DNA from: Tepidisphaera sp.
GTDB lineage: Bacteria > Planctomycetota > Phycisphaerae > Phycisphaerales > UBA1924
Length of the DNA: 64,000 bases
Direction of reading: 5' to 3'
Assembly (NCBI GenBank): GCA_050916045.1
Contig: CP051526.1
Location: forward strand, 3,968,001 to 4,032,000
Shown here piece after piece: positions 20,206 to 29,323 of the stretch (positions are counted from its first letter, which is position 1; every line of letters starts with the position of its first letter). The translations under genes and the position numbers were made by a program. The notes beneath the pieces are model-generated. The model was not told the DNA's origin. It saw nothing but the letters and a program-made list of their open reading frames with translations, and made no database searches.

Positions 20206-21576
20206 TCAGTTCCCCGTGGAACCCTCGGCAAGCCTCGCTTCGCCCCGACGCGCCGCAAGCAGCACCACCGCCAGAACCAGCAGTGCAATCGGCGCCATCG
20301 GCAACGCCAGGTTCGTGAACCACCACGACTCCGAGATGCTCGCCGGAATCCGAGGCCGCTTGGGATCGGCGAGCACCATCAGCGTGCTCGCCCAGGGCAG
20401 CAGGAAGACCCCGCACCCCGCCAGCGTCACCACCACCGGCACGGTCACGCGCCGGGAAGCGACCTCCCGGGCCGCCCATGCCAGCGGGAAGAAAAGCACC
20501 GCCGCGTCGTAAATCCGGTGGTACACCACCAGCATCGAGATCACCGAAACAAACGCGAGCGAGAGCACCTCGCCACGGGGCTCGGGCTTCTTGCGGTCCG
20601 CCACAAAGTACCCAAGGCACATCGCTCCGCAGATCCCGTAGACCAGCAACTTCACGGTGTCCGCGCTCGCGATAAACCCGTGCAGGAAGTAATGCAGGTT
20701 GATCAGGTGGTAACGAAGCGGGTTGCTCTCCGTCGGGTTGGCATTGTTCGAGTTCGCGAACGCTTGCACGTTGGATTGCCACTTGGGCACCCAGTCAATC
20801 CCGGCCCGCCAAAGCCACCAGACGCCCACGGCCGAGACAATCGCGATCGTCAGCACGGCCACGAACGCCGCTCCCCATCGCTTGCGGCCAAACTCGTACG
20901 CGAGAAAGAGAAGCCCGATCTGCGGCTTGAGACAGCACGCCACACCGATCAGGATCCCTGGATACCCCGGCGGCGAGCCCTGCGCCCGCAGCGCATGCGC
21001 GAGCGCGATCAGAAACACGGTCAGAATCGAGACCTGGCCGACCGAAATCGACGTATGCCCCGGAGCCATCAGGATCGCCGCTCCGAACGCAAACCACCAC
21101 GCCGCCCCCCGCGGTGAAAGCCCGGCAAGCCCAAGCACCAGCACCACCGAACCGCCCAGAAGCAGCGTGTTCAGCACCGTCCAAAGCAGCCGCGACGTCG
21201 CCCAATCCGTCAGGCACCACGGCGCCAAAAGCACAAATGTCGGTGGCGGATACACGAGCAGGTCATCCACCCGCTCGCTCGGTGCTTCGACCCCGGCCAG
21301 CTCTCCGCTATGGGCCCGCCAGATCTCAAGCGTCTCCTGAGAGGAGTACGGGTTGCTCCCCTCGGCCCAGGCCCGTGTGGACTGCCACATCAGCGAGAAG
21401 TCGCTGCTTCCCCCGTACTCGAGGTGCCCGTTGATCATCTCGCCGGGCTCCAGAGCACGCATCGGCCCGCGCCACGCCATAAACGCCATGGCGGCCACGG
21501 CGAACACGACCGCAACCAACATCAAAGCCCGCGCGGGGGCGGAGGAAGCCGGCTTTCCTGGAGCATCACTGGGCAT
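20206..21576 (-). CDS. GT87/DUF2029-type membrane glycosyltransferase
   Basis: SDF...GSNPY, LVYPPPTF, GQVS, CLKPQ and YHRIYD, with many TM helices. Confidence 0.8.
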   Translation of the reverse strand: MPSDAPGKPASSAPARALMLVAVVFAVAAMAFMAWRGPMRALEPGEMINGHLEYGGSSDFSLMWQSTRAWAEGSNPYSSQETLEIWRAHSGELAGVEAPSERVDDLLVYPPPTFVLLAPWCLTDWATSRLLWTVLNTLLLGGSVVLVLGLAGLSPRGAAWWFAFGAAILMAPGHTSISVGQVSILTVFLIALAHALRAQGSPPGYPGILIGVACCLKPQIGLLFLAYEFGRKRWGAAFVAVLTIAIVSAVGVWWLWRAGIDWVPKWQSNVQAFANSNNANPTESNPLRYHLINLHYFLHGFIASADTVKLLVYGICGAMCLGYFVADRKKPEPRGEVLSLAFVSVISMLVVYHRIYDAAVLFFPLAWAAREVASRRVTVPVVVTLAGCGVFLLPWASTLMVLADPKRPRIPASISESWWFTNLALPMAPIALLVLAVVLLAARRGEARLAEGSTGN

Positions 21577-21620
21577 TCCAGCATTATCGGCATGCTCGCA
21601 GGCTCACGATACCATCGGGT

Positions 21621-22475
21621 GTGCGTCCCGATAAACCTCTTTACAGTCGGATCCTCCGCCGCGTGCTGATCTGGATCGTGATTCTGTGCTCGATAACGCT
21701 CCTGGTCCGCTGGACGGGGTTCGCGGACCGTGCGTTCTTCCACCCCGGCCGGGACACCCCGCCGCCGCCGATCGGAGCCGAGGAGATCTGGTTCACCAAC
21801 CGCGACGGGCACAGGCTCCACGGCTGGCTCCTCAAGCCCGCCGGCATCGACCGGCCGCCGGTCGTGATCCACTGCCACGGCAACGCCGGCACGATCGACG
21901 ACCATCTGGGCTTCTCCGATTTCCTCGTGGAAGACGGCTTGGCCGTCTTCATCTTCGACTACCGCGGGTACGGCCGGTCGGATGATCACAAGCCGTCGCG
22001 AGCCTCCATCATCGAGGACACTTCAGCCGCGCTCGACTTCGTCCTGACCCGCTCAGACCTTGATCTCGCCCGCATCGGCCTCCTGGGCGTCAGCCTCGGG
22101 GGTGTTCCCGCCTCGCATGTGGCCGCTTCGCGAGCGGAGGTCCGTGCGCTGGCTCTCGTTTCACCCTTCTCTTCCTGGCGCGGCGTCGCCCGGGACCATC
22201 TGCCGATCATCGCGGGCCTCCTCGTTCAATCGGGGTCGGATCCGATGGAAGCCGTCGCCAGACTCGGGTCGCGGCCGTTCTTTATCCTGCACGGCGACCG
22301 CGACAGGATCGTGCGACCGCACCACGGCGAGCGGCTGCACCTAGCCGCGACCGTCGCCGGTGTGCGTGCGACCCTCCGTCCGGTCGTCGACGCCGACCAC
22401 AACGACATCATGGAGTTTCCCGAAGCCCGCGCCGCACTGGCCGAGTTCTTCGCGACTTCGCTCCAGAGCCCGTGA
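21621..22475 (+). CDS. Membrane-anchored alpha/beta hydrolase
   Basis: HCHGNAG, FDYRGYGRS, GVSLGG, LHGDRD and ADHND. Confidence 0.9.
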   Translation: MRPDKPLYSRILRRVLIWIVILCSITLLVRWTGFADRAFFHPGRDTPPPPIGAEEIWFTNRDGHRLHGWLLKPAGIDRPPVVIHCHGNAGTIDDHLGFSDFLVEDGLAVFIFDYRGYGRSDDHKPSRASIIEDTSAALDFVLTRSDLDLARIGLLGVSLGGVPASHVAASRAEVRALALVSPFSSWRGVARDHLPIIAGLLVQSGSDPMEAVARLGSRPFFILHGDRDRIVRPHHGERLHLAATVAGVRATLRPVVDADHNDIMEFPEARAALAEFFATSLQSP

Positions 22476-22517
22476 CCTCTTGCTTTCAACGTCTCGGGGT
22501 GTTAGGGTGATGTCCGC

Positions 22518-24818
22518 ATGGCGAGTCCGATGACCAGTGACGTCCAGACCAACCCGCGAGCGGGCGTGGAAATGTCATCGGCCGTCGAGAAAAAGGTCTC
22601 CGCGGAGCTCGAACGCGTCTGGGGATTCTCGACCCTCCGTCCCAACCAGCGCGAAGCCATCGCGACCACGCTCGCGGGCCGCAACTCGCTGGTCGTCATG
22701 CCCACCGGCGGCGGAAAGTCGCTCTGCTACCAGCTTCCACCGCTGATCACCGGCAAGCTCGCGGTGGTGGTCAGCCCGCTGATCGCTCTCATGAAGGATC
22801 AGGTTGATGGGCTTCGCCTGCTGGGTTATCCCGCCGCGGCGCTCAACAGCAGCGTCGAGATCGAGGACACGCGCGAGGTCTGGAAGCAGATCGAGCGGAA
22901 CGAGCTCCGCCTGCTCTTTGTCTCGCCCGAGCGGCTTTTCTCGCCGTCTTTCCTTGCCCGCATGGTGAAAGCGGACGTGCGAACGATCGCGGTGGATGAA
23001 GCGCACTGCATCAGCCAGTGGGGCCACGACTTTCGCCCGGAGTATCGCCGCCTGCGCGAGCTTCACGAGGTGCTGCCGGGCGTTCAGATCAACGCGTACA
23101 CCGCGACCGCGACCCCGGCCGTCCGCGAGGACATCGTCGAGCAGCTTCAACTGAAGAATCCCGCGGTGCTCGTCGGGGTCTTTGACCGGCCGAACCTGAC
23201 GTACCGCGTGCTCCCGCGCGTGGATGTGACCCGGCAAGCCGCCGACGCCGTCCGCCGGCACTCGACGCAGGCTTCGATCATCTACTGCATCTCGCGCAAG
23301 GACACCGAATCGCTCGCCGACGCACTGCGAGCCCTCAAGATCGACGCCAAAGCCTACCACGCGGGTCTCACGCCCGAAACCCGCCGCCGCATCCAGGAGG
23401 ACTTCGCGAACGAGCGTCTCTCGGTGGTGGTGGCGACGGTCGCTTTCGGCATGGGGATCGACCGGTCGGACGTCCGGTGCGTGGTGCACGCGGGGCTCCC
23501 CAAGTCGCTGGAGCATTACCAGCAGGAGACGGGCCGCGCGGGCCGCGACGGGCTGCCGTCGGAGTGTCTGATGCTCTATTCGGCCGCGGACGCGACCCGC
23601 TGGCAGATGCTCTTCTCCAAGTCCGTCGAGTCCGGAGAAGGAAGCCCGGAGTGGCAGGAGCAGCAGCGCGAGCACCTGGACCGGATGCAGGGATACTGCA
23701 CCTCCGCTTCGTGCCGACACGGGCTTCTCTCCGCGTATTTCGGCCAGACGTACGCCCCGCCCTCCTCCGCCGGATGCGGAGCGTGCGACGTCTGCCTCGG
23801 CGAGGTCGAGACGGTCGAGGATTCGATGGTGATCGCCCAGAAGATCCTGTCCGCCGTCGCTCGCGCCTCGCAAACCCGTCGCCATGACGGCTCGCTCGCC
23901 ACTTTCGGCGTCGCCCACATCACCAAGATCCTCAAGGGAAGCAACGACAAAGCCGTGCGCGAGTGGGGGCACGATCAGCACTCGACCTTCGGCCTGCTCG
24001 CCGACCTGCCCAAAGCCGAGATCTCCTCGTACATCCACCAGCTTTCCGACATGGGTTTCCTTGGCCGCACTCCCGGCCAGTTCCCCACGATCTACTGCAC
24101 CCAGACCGCTCGCGATGTGCTCAAAGGCGCCGTTCAGGTCCGCCTCGGGCGTTCCAAAGCCATCACCGCCGAAGCCGACCAGCTCAACGCCCGGGACCGG
24201 TCAAGCGGGCGCCGCGATATCGGTGTTCCCAGTGATCCCGGGATGTTCGAAGCACTCAGGGTCCTGCGGCGGTCCATCGCAAGCGAGCGCGCCGTCCCGC
24301 CGTACGTCATCTTCTCCGACGCGGTGCTCGAGGAGATCGCCGCCGTCCGGCCCACCCGACGCGAGACCTTCCGGACCATCCGCGGCGTCGGTGAGCGCAA
24401 GCTCGAGGATTTCGGACAGACCTTCGCCCGCGCGATCAAGGACTACTGCGCCACGCACAACCTGGCGACCGACACCACGCTCGGGTCGGGAAAGGCGACC
24501 GCAGGACCCGCTCCCCTGTCGCCCAACAAGCAGCGGGCACTCCCGCTTTTCGAAGCCGGGCGGCCGATCGACCAGGTCGCGAGCGAGCTCAACCTCGCGA
24601 CCAGCACGGTGACCAATTACCTCGTCGAGTTCATCCAGACCGGACGGATCCCGACGACCGAGCCCTGGCTTGCCGAAGCCGCCCGAGCGGAGATCCTCGC
24701 GGTCGCGACCAAGATCGAAGCGGACAAGCTCGCCCCGGTGTTCGAGCATTTCGGCGGCAGGTACGACTGGGACCACATCCGTCTGGCGTTCGCGTCCGTG
24801 GAAACGTCCCGGTCCTGA
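22518..24818 (+). CDS. recQ: ATP-dependent DNA helicase RecQ (with RQC, HRDC, HTH)
   Basis: MPTGGGKSLCYQ, DEAHCISQWGHDFRPEY, ATVAFGMGID, QETGRAGRDG, CGACDVC, and HRDC motif VPPYVIFSD. Confidence 0.96.
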   Translation: MASPMTSDVQTNPRAGVEMSSAVEKKVSAELERVWGFSTLRPNQREAIATTLAGRNSLVVMPTGGGKSLCYQLPPLITGKLAVVVSPLIALMKDQVDGLRLLGYPAAALNSSVEIEDTREVWKQIERNELRLLFVSPERLFSPSFLARMVKADVRTIAVDEAHCISQWGHDFRPEYRRLRELHEVLPGVQINAYTATATPAVREDIVEQLQLKNPAVLVGVFDRPNLTYRVLPRVDVTRQAADAVRRHSTQASIIYCISRKDTESLADALRALKIDAKAYHAGLTPETRRRIQEDFANERLSVVVATVAFGMGIDRSDVRCVVHAGLPKSLEHYQQETGRAGRDGLPSECLMLYSAADATRWQMLFSKSVESGEGSPEWQEQQREHLDRMQGYCTSASCRHGLLSAYFGQTYAPPSSAGCGACDVCLGEVETVEDSMVIAQKILSAVARASQTRRHDGSLATFGVAHITKILKGSNDKAVREWGHDQHSTFGLLADLPKAEISSYIHQLSDMGFLGRTPGQFPTIYCTQTARDVLKGAVQVRLGRSKAITAEADQLNARDRSSGRRDIGVPSDPGMFEALRVLRRSIASERAVPPYVIFSDAVLEEIAAVRPTRRETFRTIRGVGERKLEDFGQTFARAIKDYCATHNLATDTTLGSGKATAGPAPLSPNKQRALPLFEAGRPIDQVASELNLATSTVTNYLVEFIQTGRIPTTEPWLAEAARAEILAVATKIEADKLAPVFEHFGGRYDWDHIRLAFASVETSRS

Positions 24819-24860
24819 TCTTCGCCGACCCGCGCGGCCGCCGGCCACTACCATCCGCCG

Positions 24861-25550
24861 ATGGCCGCCGACCCAGATCTTCCCGTCCTGACCCAGGAAC
24901 CCGTCCGCATCAGCCGGAACGCCGCGCTTTCCCTCGTCGCGGCGTTGTTCTGCTGCATCCCCGGGATCGGCCTGATCGCGGCGGTCCTCGGCGTGGTCGC
25001 TCTTTACCGCATCGGCGGTTCCGGGGGCAAGCTCGGAGGCCGCACCCTCGCCGCCGTCGGCCTCACGCTCGGCCTGATCTCAACCTCGGTCTGGCTTAGC
25101 CTCGGCCTTGGCATGCGGCAGGCCTACGCGACCTACACGCAGAGCGTCGCGGCTCCGATGGTGAAATACTTCCAAGCCGTGCCCGGGACCGATCCAGCCC
25201 CGGTCGTCGCGATCTTCGACGCTTCCGCGCAGCCGACCCAAGCCCAGATCGACGCTTTCCGCTCGCAGCTCGCGTCCCAGCTCGGCGCACCCGTCGGCCC
25301 GATCAACACCCTCGAGGACGCTCAAGTGACGTGGGCGATGCGCGGCTCAGTCGTCGGCCTCGACGCGACCCGCCAGTATGTGAGCGGCCCGCTTCGGTTC
25401 GAGAAGAGCCTCGCGATGGTTCTTTTCCGCCTCGCTCCAAACACGCCGCCGACCGCTTACTTCCCCGCCACCGGCGTCGATCAGATCATCATCCTGCTCC
25501 CGTCGGGGCAATCGCTGAAGTTCCCCGACGGCGTGGAGGCCGCACGATGA
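24861..25550 (+). CDS. DUF4190-like membrane protein
   Basis: SRNAALSLV...CCIP...GKLGGRTLAAVGLTLG. Confidence 0.65.
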   Translation: MAADPDLPVLTQEPVRISRNAALSLVAALFCCIPGIGLIAAVLGVVALYRIGGSGGKLGGRTLAAVGLTLGLISTSVWLSLGLGMRQAYATYTQSVAAPMVKYFQAVPGTDPAPVVAIFDASAQPTQAQIDAFRSQLASQLGAPVGPINTLEDAQVTWAMRGSVVGLDATRQYVSGPLRFEKSLAMVLFRLAPNTPPTAYFPATGVDQIIILLPSGQSLKFPDGVEAAR

Positions 25551-26455
25551 CGAGTTTCTCGACTTCCTCGCAGACCCAGCCCGTCATCTCGATGCGGGGC
25601 GTCAAGCGAATCGCCGGCGGCCGAACGATCCTCGACTCCGTCGACCTGGACATCATGCCCGGCGAAACCATGGTCATCATGGGCGGCTCGGGCTCGGGCA
25701 AGAGCACCATGCTCCGCCTCATGATCGGCGCCATCGCCCCCGACGCCGGCACGATCACCATGCTCGGACAGGATATCGGCAAGCTCCCCGAGCGGGGCAT
25801 GAACGAGCTCCGAAAGAAGTTTGGAATTCTCTTCCAGTCCGGCGCCCTCTTCAACTCCATGTCCATCGCGGACAACATCGCTCTCCTCCTCCACGAACAC
25901 ACCGACCTCCCCCGCGAGATCATCGATTTCCACGTCAAGCTCAAGCTCGAAGCCGTCGGCCTCCTCGAACACGGCCACAAGTTCCCCTCGGAGATCTCGG
26001 GCGGCATGAAAAAGCGAGCCGGCCTCGCACGGGCGCTCGCGCTCGACCCCGTCATCCTGTTCTACGACGAGCCTTCCGCCGGCCTTGACCCTGTCACCAG
26101 CGCCCAGATCGACCAGCTCATCATCTCGCTGTCCAAGAAGCTCAACGTCACCTCGATCGTCGTGACGCACGAGATGGACTCGGCGTTCACGATCGCGGAT
26201 CGGATGGCGATGCTCGATTCGGGCCGGCTGATCAAGGTCGCGGATCGTGCGTGGTACGACCAGCTCCGCCGCACCTCCGTCGAGGAAGCCGCCGGGCTTT
26301 CCGACACCGACCGGCTGATCCGACAGTTCCTCCGCGGCGACGCCGAGGGACCGCTCGCCGAGCGCCGGAGCGTTGAAGCCTTCGAACGGGCGCTCATCGG
26401 AACCGCGGGCCAGCTGCTCCCGACGCCCAGCATCGAACCCACGCGCACGCGCTGA
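25547..26455 (+). CDS. mlaF: MlaF/Mkl-type ABC ATP-binding protein
   Basis: GGSGSGKS, GILFQSGALFNSM, ISGGMKKRAGLARALALDP and YDEPSAGLDP. ATGA coupling to the upstream gene. Confidence 0.85.
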   Translation: MTSFSTSSQTQPVISMRGVKRIAGGRTILDSVDLDIMPGETMVIMGGSGSGKSTMLRLMIGAIAPDAGTITMLGQDIGKLPERGMNELRKKFGILFQSGALFNSMSIADNIALLLHEHTDLPREIIDFHVKLKLEAVGLLEHGHKFPSEISGGMKKRAGLARALALDPVILFYDEPSAGLDPVTSAQIDQLIISLSKKLNVTSIVVTHEMDSAFTIADRMAMLDSGRLIKVADRAWYDQLRRTSVEEAAGLSDTDRLIRQFLRGDAEGPLAERRSVEAFERALIGTAGQLLPTPSIEPTRTR

Positions 26456-26473
26456 ACCTCGTACCCTTCGACG

Positions 26474-26941
26474 ATGCGATACATCGCGGTCGATCTCGGG
26501 GATGCTCGCACCGGCCTGGCGGTGGGCGATGATGTCACCCGCATCGTCTCGCCCCTCGAAGTCGTCGAGTGCCCCACCGGCCTCTGCGGCGGCGAAGCGT
26601 TGCTCGACCTTCTCCAAGCCGCGATCGACCGCGTCGCCTCGCCACGCTCGCCGTGCGAACTCGTCATCGGGCTCCCGCTCAACATGGACGACACCGAGGG
26701 GCCGCGAGCCAAAATCGTGCGGACGTTCGCGCAGCGACTCGCCGCCCGCACCGGCAGGCCGGTCCACTTCCAGGATGAACGGCTCACCTCCAGCGAAGCC
26801 GACTGGTCCATGGCCCGCTCCGGCATGACCCGCAAGCAGAAGAAAGAACGCCGCGACGCCCTCGCCGCGGCCGCCATCCTGCGCGATTTCCTCGCACGCC
26901 CTACCCAGAGCGAAAGCCCCGACGCTGTCGATGAGCATTGA
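26474..26941 (+). CDS. ruvX: Pre-16S rRNA nuclease YqgF / RuvX
   Basis: AVDLGDARTGLAVGD, IGLPLNMD, QDERLTSSEA and DALAAAAIL. Confidence 0.92.
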   Translation: MRYIAVDLGDARTGLAVGDDVTRIVSPLEVVECPTGLCGGEALLDLLQAAIDRVASPRSPCELVIGLPLNMDDTEGPRAKIVRTFAQRLAARTGRPVHFQDERLTSSEADWSMARSGMTRKQKKERRDALAAAAILRDFLARPTQSESPDAVDEH

Positions 26942-28138
26942 TCACGCCGCGCTGCGGCGAGCTCGCACGGACGCGAGCGCCCGGCGGTACGCCTCGGCTT
27001 CGAGCTTCGCCACCTGGTCGATGCCGAAGTACATCGCCGAGGTGCGAGCCGCGGTCCCGCCGAGAAGATCGCACCAGTCCGTATCGGACAAAAGCCCCGA
27101 GAACGCGTTGGCGAAGTCCGACGGGCCGGACGTCGGAACAAGCACACCCGTCGAACCCGTCCGCACCAGCGAGCTAAGCCCCGGCGAGTCCGCCACCACG
27201 GCCACCGCCCCCGCCGCCATCGCATCGATCACCGATCGCGGGTGGCCCTCAAGCTCGGATGCTTGCGCGTAGATCAAGCAGCGCGCCATCCGCTCACGCA
27301 GCGCCGCGTACCCCATCGGCGGCACGAATCGCACCGGCGCAGACAAGCTCGCCGCGATCCCCTGGAGATTCGCAAGCTCCGGCCCGTCGCCCACCACCTC
27401 AAGCGTCACACGCGAACGAAGCTCTTCGTCCAGAGCGGCGACGGCTTCGATCAGGATGCCGATCCGCTTGCGAGCAACCAGCTCTCCCGCGGTGATGATC
27501 AGGCCCGGCTCGCGCTCTGACGCGGTCAGGGTGTTTTCGCACGGAACGACGAAGTTGGGAACGACCGCCGTTCGGCCAAGGTCGATGCAGTACCGCCAGC
27601 AGAGGTCGCGAACCATCTCGTCGGTCGTGCCCACGAGCAGATCGGCCGAAAGGCAGAGCCGGCGTTCCGCGACCTTCGCCATCCGCGCCTGCGGTGACGC
27701 GGGACCGAACTCCAGCGCCGCGAACCGCGACCAGAGGAACCCCCCGCGCGTGATCAGCGCCGCGACGTGCCCCTGCGCACGGGCCCGGTCACGGATCTCA
27801 ATTGCGATCCCGCCCACGGTCAACTGTTCGGTGCGCACAATCGTCGACCCCGGCAGCAGCTCGCGAGCCACCCGCTCAACCGCCGCGTCCTCCCCGGCTT
27901 CCTCCGACCCGATCCGCTGTAGCCGGAGGTCAAAGCGGCCCCCGGCCCTTTGGACCAGCTCAGCTTCGACGGAGCCATCGTCTGATTCGCCACTGAGTAC
28001 CAGGACAACCCTCCGAAACAGGGGTCCAACCCGGTCGTATAAACACCAGTCGCGCTCGAGGAGTCCGACTCGTTTCCACTTTGCAATGCCCATGCCGCGA
28101 GGCATGACCACCACGAGATTGTCAGCGATCGGCTGCAT
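26942..28138 (-). CDS. Glycosyltransferase family 4
   Basis: VVPNFV, GELVARKR, VVGDGPE and SELEGHPRSVIDAMAAG. Confidence 0.85.
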   Translation of the reverse strand: MQPIADNLVVVMPRGMGIAKWKRVGLLERDWCLYDRVGPLFRRVVLVLSGESDDGSVEAELVQRAGGRFDLRLQRIGSEEAGEDAAVERVARELLPGSTIVRTEQLTVGGIAIEIRDRARAQGHVAALITRGGFLWSRFAALEFGPASPQARMAKVAERRLCLSADLLVGTTDEMVRDLCWRYCIDLGRTAVVPNFVVPCENTLTASEREPGLIITAGELVARKRIGILIEAVAALDEELRSRVTLEVVGDGPELANLQGIAASLSAPVRFVPPMGYAALRERMARCLIYAQASELEGHPRSVIDAMAAGAVAVVADSPGLSSLVRTGSTGVLVPTSGPSDFANAFSGLLSDTDWCDLLGGTAARTSAMYFGIDQVAKLEAEAYRRALASVRARRSAA

Positions 28139-28346
28139 CGTCTTCTGGTCAGACCATCGACGCTTTTGCGGGCGCGTTTCAGAAGGTTTGGCAAGCCAAG
28201 GGCGTCGGAGAGCTGTCGATCCATTCAAAATCCAAACAAACGATCAATCGGACCCGGGGGTTCCCTCGAACCGGCCGGGGTATTCGGACGAACCTATGGC
28301 ACCGGGCCGGCGCGTGGAGGGGCCGTCCCGGGTAGGATCCATCCAT

Positions 28347-28568
28347 ATGAAACGCATCCGCACCATTTCCGTCGTCGCCGCGCTGGCTCTGGCCTCCGCC
28401 GCCACGGCTCAGCCCGGCAAGAAGAACGCTGAAGAGCTGCCCGTCCCCCCGACCACGAGCAAGCTGGAAGCCCCCGGGATCATCGTCCCGTACCTGCTCG
28501 CTTTCGTGCTGATCGGCGCGATCGTGGGCATCACGACGATCCCCTCCAAGCGCGGCCACCAGGACTGA
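28347..28568 (+). CDS. Small protein with signal peptide and C-terminal TM
   Basis: MKRIRTISVVAALALASAATA|QP, TM helix, then PSKRGHQD. Confidence 0.65.
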   Translation: MKRIRTISVVAALALASAATAQPGKKNAEELPVPPTTSKLEAPGIIVPYLLAFVLIGAIVGITTIPSKRGHQD

Positions 28569-28626
28569 ACCTGGCCGCGTCCGCCGGTACCAAACCGGCC
28601 CAAGCCCTCAGGCAAGGAGTCTTTCC

Positions 28627-28914
28627 ATGCAGCAACGCCGACTCAGGCCCACGCTGATCGCGATCAACGGGGTGCTCGCCCTTCTGGTGGCGGGCGCTTT
28701 CGCGACCGCTCAGCCCGCCGCGCAGCCCCGCCTTCGTGGCGAGTACACGATGGTGGCCGGTCGTACCTCAGCCAGCGGCAAGGACGCGATCTATATCCTC
28801 GATGTGACCAACCGCGAGATCATCGCGCTGCGGTGGGAGAACTCCCGCCGGTCGCTCGTGGGCATCGGATACCGCAGTCTGGACGCTGATTCCGCTCTTC
28901 CCCCCGCGAGGTGA
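28627..28914 (+). CDS. Small secreted/membrane-anchored hypothetical protein
   Basis: SD AAGGAG, N-terminal hydrophobic helix, RGEYTMVAG...IYILD. Confidence 0.7.
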   Translation: MQQRRLRPTLIAINGVLALLVAGAFATAQPAAQPRLRGEYTMVAGRTSASGKDAIYILDVTNREIIALRWENSRRSLVGIGYRSLDADSALPPAR

Positions 28915-28916
28915 AC

Positions 28917-29264
28917 ATGAAGACTCTCTCCCACCGGCTGACCGCCGAGGGTTGGCTGACGCTTTCCGCTCTGGCGCTCGCCGCCATTCTGGGTTTGATC
29001 TGGACGACCCGTCCGCAAGCGACCGCTTCGAACTGGGGCGTGCTCGAGTCCACCGCGCTCGCGAACCCGATGGTCTCGCACGTCGGAGGCGTCACGATGA
29101 TGACCACCGACGCGCAGACGGACGAGGTTCTGCTGGTGCTCGACAACCGGACCGAATCGCTCATGGTGTACCGCGTTCAAAACGTCACCTCGGTCGAACT
29201 GCTTCAGCGGGCTTCGGTCAGCGCGATGTTCACCGACGCCCGCACCAAAGCCCTCGGCAAGTGA
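28917..29264 (+). CDS. Small secreted/membrane-anchored hypothetical protein, probable paralog of the upstream gene
   Basis: SD GAGGTG, TM helix, VTMMT...LLVLDNRTESLMVY. Confidence 0.7.
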   Translation: MKTLSHRLTAEGWLTLSALALAAILGLIWTTRPQATASNWGVLESTALANPMVSHVGGVTMMTTDAQTDEVLLVLDNRTESLMVYRVQNVTSVELLQRASVSAMFTDARTKALGK

Positions 29265-29323
29265 CGATCCCCCTTCCTGCTTGAAATCGGAGTCGCGCCC
29301 TGCGCGATCCGTCAAGGATTCCG

